Below are positions 60,797 to 64,000 of a stretch of 64,000 bases of DNA, piece after piece (position 1 is the first letter of the stretch; the number at the start of each line of letters is the position of its first letter). The stretch lies in the IMG/VR virus record IMGVR_UViG_3300035703_000027, positions 57,190 through 121,189 of that record. One strand, written 5' to 3'. The DNA is from a virus. The position numbers were made by a program, and so were the translations under genes. The notes beneath the pieces were generated by a model. The model saw only the letters and a list, made by a program, of their open reading frames with translations. It did not search any database and was not told the origin of the DNA.

Positions 60797-62322
60797 GCGA
60801 CGCGACGATTCACCAGGGGGACGTGCTCGACGTGCTGCGGGGGATGCCCGACAACAGCTTCGACGCCTGCGTCTGCGACCCGCCGTACGGCCTGCGGCTA
60901 ATGGGCCACCGTTGGGATTACGACGTGCCGTCGGCAGAGGTGTGGCGCGAGGTGCTGCGGGTGCTCAAGCCGGGCGGGCACCTGCTGGCGTTTGCGGGCA
61001 CGCGGACGCAGCACCGCATGGCCTGCGCGATCGAGGACGGCGGGTTCGAGATACGTGACCTTATCGGCTACTTGTACGGAGTAGGCTTCCCCAAATCTTT
61101 GGACGTTGCGGCTGCCATCGACAAGCTGGATGCCGCCGAGAAACAGCACGCCAGGCGGCTGTCCTTCACCGCGTGGGTGCGCTCCACCGGGGTGACGGCC
61201 GCGCAGATCGACGCGGCTACCGGCACGAACATGGGCGGGCACTACACGAGCGCGGCAAGCCAGCCGGCCATCATGACCCGCGAGCACCTGGAAGCCTGCC
61301 GGCAGCTACTGGGCGATGTGCCGGCCTGGGTCGAGCGCGAGTGCGACGTGCGCAGCGTCGAGTCCGAGAACTTTAAGCGGCGCGAGGTGCTGGGGCACCG
61401 CAAGGTTCCGGTCGGCCACAGCTTTGCTGGCGAGGTCTACCGGGGCGCGGGCAACACCGACGACAAGATTGCCCCCATCACCGCCCCCGCGACCCCCGAG
61501 GCCCAGCGCTGGCACGGCTACGGCACAGCGCTCAAGCCAGCCTTCGAGCCCGTGACAGTCGCGCGCAAGTCCCTGGCCGGCGCGGTGGCCGAGAACGTGC
61601 TGCGCTGGGGCACCGGGGCCATCAACGTGGACGGGTGCCGGGTGGGCACCGAAAGCACCCGGCGGGATACTGGCTCGTGTGGGATCTGGGGGCGCAACGC
61701 CGGAAGAGTTTTAGGCGGTTCCGAACAAGGGCGCTGGCCGGCAAATATCATTCACGACGGCAGCGACGAGGTGCTGGCGGTGTTCCCGGAGACTGAGAGC
61801 GGAGCACCGGGTGTGCGTCGCAAGGTGCAGCTATCCAACGCCATGGCGGGGCCCATGACGCCCCCCGGGAGACGGGAGATTGGATACGCCGACCGGAGCA
61901 GCGCCGCCCGCTTCTTCTACTGCGCCAAGCCTGGCAAGGGCGAGCGTGGCGCCGGCAACACCCACCCGACGGTCAAGCCGCTGGCGCTGACGACCTACCT
62001 GGCGAAGCTCGTGCTGCCGCCCGCCCGGGAGGACGGCGCGCCCCGACGGCTGCTCGTGCCGTTCGCCGGCTCGGGCTCCGAGGTGCTCGGGGGCCTCGCA
62101 GCCGGCTGGGACGAGGTGGTGGGCATCGAACGCGAGCCCGAGTACGTCGCGATCGCCAAGCAGCGCATCGCGGCGCGCGGGCTGACCCTGCCCGGGGTGG
62201 CGGTCACGCCGGCCGCCCCGGCCCCGGCGGTGCCGGCCACCGTGGCCGCCCGCGTCACGCCCGTGAAGCGTCCCGCCCGGGCGGCCGTGCCCGGCCAGCT
62301 CATGATCGAGGGGCTGGCATGA
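60793..62322 (+). CDS. N6A/N4C DNA methyltransferase (beta class), copy 2, with an internal insertion
   Basis: CDPPYG, LKPA.EP, RWPAN, HPTVKP, LVPFAGSGS. Confidence 0.9.
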   Translation: MSDATIHQGDVLDVLRGMPDNSFDACVCDPPYGLRLMGHRWDYDVPSAEVWREVLRVLKPGGHLLAFAGTRTQHRMACAIEDGGFEIRDLIGYLYGVGFPKSLDVAAAIDKLDAAEKQHARRLSFTAWVRSTGVTAAQIDAATGTNMGGHYTSAASQPAIMTREHLEACRQLLGDVPAWVERECDVRSVESENFKRREVLGHRKVPVGHSFAGEVYRGAGNTDDKIAPITAPATPEAQRWHGYGTALKPAFEPVTVARKSLAGAVAENVLRWGTGAINVDGCRVGTESTRRDTGSCGIWGRNAGRVLGGSEQGRWPANIIHDGSDEVLAVFPETESGAPGVRRKVQLSNAMAGPMTPPGRREIGYADRSSAARFFYCAKPGKGERGAGNTHPTVKPLALTTYLAKLVLPPAREDGAPRRLLVPFAGSGSEVLGGLAAGWDEVVGIEREPEYVAIAKQRIAARGLTLPGVAVTPAAPAPAVPATVAARVTPVKRPARAAVPGQLMIEGLA

Positions 62323-62570
62323 GGCGGCCGGCGCTGCGGCGCGCGGTGGAGCGCGTGCACCCCGGGGCCTTCGCCTGGCCCGTGGTCATCCCGAACGCGC
62401 GCGGGCGGCTGTGCGAGGCCTGGGTGATCCAGTTGGGGCGCACGCCCGGGCAGCGGCTGTACCTGGGCGCGGGCGCCACCGAGACGGCCGCCTGGCGCAA
62501 CGCCCACCACCGGGTGGCGGAGGGCTTCGACCCGCTGCCCGACACGGCCCAACCACGGGGGATGGTCTGA
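62319..62570 (+). CDS. Hypothetical protein
   Basis: ATGA coupling to both neighbours. Confidence 0.5.
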   Translation: MRRPALRRAVERVHPGAFAWPVVIPNARGRLCEAWVIQLGRTPGQRLYLGAGATETAAWRNAHHRVAEGFDPLPDTAQPRGMV

Positions 62571-62989
62571 TGACGCTGGATCTGGAGCCCATCAAGCGGC
62601 GCAGGGCGGCCGTCGGCCCCGCGTGGGGCGGCGGGGTGGTGCAAGTCGGGGACTACTGGTGCGCGTGCGGCCCGGCGAGCCGGGGCGACGCGGCGGGCGT
62701 CGCCCGCGTGGTTGCCGAGCTGGAGTTCTTGCTGCACGCGTCCGGCGACGTGGCGGCGCTGGTGGGCGAGGTGGAGCGGCTGCGCGCCCGGGAGGGTCGC
62801 GGGCGCCGCGGTGCGGGGGCGCTCGTCCACGCGGCAGCGGCGGCGGACGACTACGACGCGGTGGCCGGCGCCCTGGTGGAGGCGCTCGACACGCTGGACC
62901 GGCTGCACGGGCTGCTGCGGGCCGGCCGCGCGACGGCCGCGCTGGCGGTGGCCGAGGCGCACCGGCGCGCGGTGGGGGGCGCACCCTGA
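62570..62989 (+). CDS. Ead/Ea22-like phage protein
   Basis: LDLEPIK.R...GP.W...FL.HA..DVAALVGEVERLR. Confidence 0.6.
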   Translation: MTLDLEPIKRRRAAVGPAWGGGVVQVGDYWCACGPASRGDAAGVARVVAELEFLLHASGDVAALVGEVERLRAREGRGRRGAGALVHAAAAADDYDAVAGALVEALDTLDRLHGLLRAGRATAALAVAEAHRRAVGGAP

Positions 62990-63594
62990 TGGGCAACCGT
63001 CGCTGGACGCCCGCCGAGGATGCGGTGCTGCGCGCCAAGTGGCACGTGCTGACGATCGCGGAGCTGTCCGCGCAGATCGACCGGACGCAGGCCGCGATGG
63101 AGCGCCGGGCCTTGCTGCTCGGGCTGCACGCCAAGCAGGTGCCGGGGCTCTACACCTTCGCGGAGGTGGCGCGCGCGCTTGGGGTGTCAAAGCAGACGGC
63201 CATCATGTACGCTCGCCGGGGCCTGATTCGCACGGTCGGGCAGCGCTACCAAAAGTTCGTGACGGTGGCCGAGCTGGAGCGCGTGGTGACGCGGCTGCGT
63301 CGCCGGGAGCCTGGCGCAGGCACCCTGACGACGGCGGAGGTAGCGCGACGCCTGGGCTACTCGGGCGCGACCGTGATGCGGCTCGCGCAGTTCGGGGTGC
63401 TGCGGGCGGTGAAGCTGCGCGGGGCATGGTGCATCGACCCGGCGGGCGTGGCCGATCTAGAGCGCCGGCTGCGCGCGACGGGCGCGGCGCGCCTGCGGTG
63501 GGCCGACCTCTTGCCGGAGGTGGCCCCTGCCTACGCGCGCCGGTTGGCGCGGCTGCGCAAGGCGCGCGCGGACAGGCGGTTGTCCCGTGTTTGA
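62989..63594 (+). CDS. Multi-HTH DNA-binding protein (Myb-like plus two excisionase-like HTH)
   Basis: RWTPAED..L, YTFAEVARALGVS, LTTAEVARRLGYS. Confidence 0.75.
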   Translation: MGNRRWTPAEDAVLRAKWHVLTIAELSAQIDRTQAAMERRALLLGLHAKQVPGLYTFAEVARALGVSKQTAIMYARRGLIRTVGQRYQKFVTVAELERVVTRLRRREPGAGTLTTAEVARRLGYSGATVMRLAQFGVLRAVKLRGAWCIDPAGVADLERRLRATGAARLRWADLLPEVAPAYARRLARLRKARADRRLSRV

Positions 63595-63618
63595 CCCCAT
63601 GCCCGCCAAGGAGGCCCC

Positions 63619-64000
63619 ATGCTGGATCTAACCCCCATCGTGGCCCGTGCCGAAGCCGCCCGGGCGGCTTGGCCCGGCCCGTGGCGCCCTTACCGGAAGG
63701 TGTACGAGGGAATCGGGATCCTCTCGGAAGGGGTGGTCGCGCTCAACCAGGGGGACCGGCCTGAAGAAGTCTGCTGGTGCAGCGGCGACGACGCGCAGCG
63801 TGCAGCCACAGCCGAGTTCATCGCGGATGCCCCGGCCGACCTCGCGGCCCTGGTGGCCGAGGTGGAGCGACTGAGGGCGGCCGAGGAGGCGCGGGTTTCG
63901 CACATGTGGCGGGTGCACGAGGCCCTAGAGGCGCACCGGCAGGCGCTGATGGACCGGGCGCGCCCGGAGGACGTGAAGCTGTGGGAGGCGACCTACGATG
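63619..64000 (+). CDS. Ead/Ea22-like phage protein, truncated by the window edge
   Basis: AAGGAGG SD; LDLTPIVARAEAA...PGPW...AEFIADAPADLAALVAEVERLR. Confidence 0.65.
   Translation, partial: MLDLTPIVARAEAARAAWPGPWRPYRKVYEGIGILSEGVVALNQGDRPEEVCWCSGDDAQRAATAEFIADAPADLAALVAEVERLRAAEEARVSHMWRVHEALEAHRQALMDRARPEDVKLWEATYD

Larger units (their letters stand above)
1..64000. mobile_element. Segment of a large GC-rich myovirus genome with a SPO1/Twort-like virion module and lambda-like replication genes
   Basis: Capsid, sheath, tube, baseplate, lysis and replication genes recognised by motif; no host core genes; both ends run off mid-gene. Confidence 0.95.

Noticed and set aside
1-64000. tRNA, rRNA, integrase, DNA polymerase or intron/intein
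   Set aside because: No recognisable signatures by eye; tRNAscan and HMM searches are needed to exclude them formally

Overview
The whole window looks like one part of a large, very GC-rich myovirus (contractile-tailed dsDNA phage) genome. No host housekeeping operon, rRNA, tRNA or CRISPR array was seen. Layout: (i) 1-17.4 kb, mostly leftward small accessory genes, including lipoproteins, ThyX, a PAPS-reductase-like enzyme, Zn-finger proteins, Ead/Ea22-like paralogs, a beta-clamp and DUF3846, plus one large rightward putative head-cargo protein. (ii) 17.4-49.3 kb, a SPO1/Twort (Herelleviridae)-like morphogenesis module with protease, scaffold, major capsid, neck, sheath, tube, chaperones, tape measure with M23 peptidase, baseplate and fibre modules, and two 2OG-Fe(II) oxygenases. 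Portal and terminase are not in the window. (iii) 49.4-52.1 kb, holin, amidase endolysin and RusA. (iv) An AT-rich control region at 52.1-52.4 kb, then a lambda-like replication module (initiator with internal iterons, DnaC-like loader, double-OB SSB), two DNA methyltransferases, nucleoside deoxyribosyltransferase-like genes and HTH proteins. The main finding is a recurrent promoter architecture, TGGCAA(A/T/C)-N28-TAnnnT, with no -35 box. It has exactly conserved spacing in 7 copies (9 including two N27 variants) and each copy lies directly upstream of a start codon. Other notable signals are a Gram-positive-type LexA box and a perfect CRP box at the replication promoter, a likely +1 frameshift in the tail chaperones, a repeated K-[S/G/A] protease motif shared by capsid proteins and a cargo protein, and several operator-like repeat arrays. 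All calls come from reading the sequence by eye; no searches were run.
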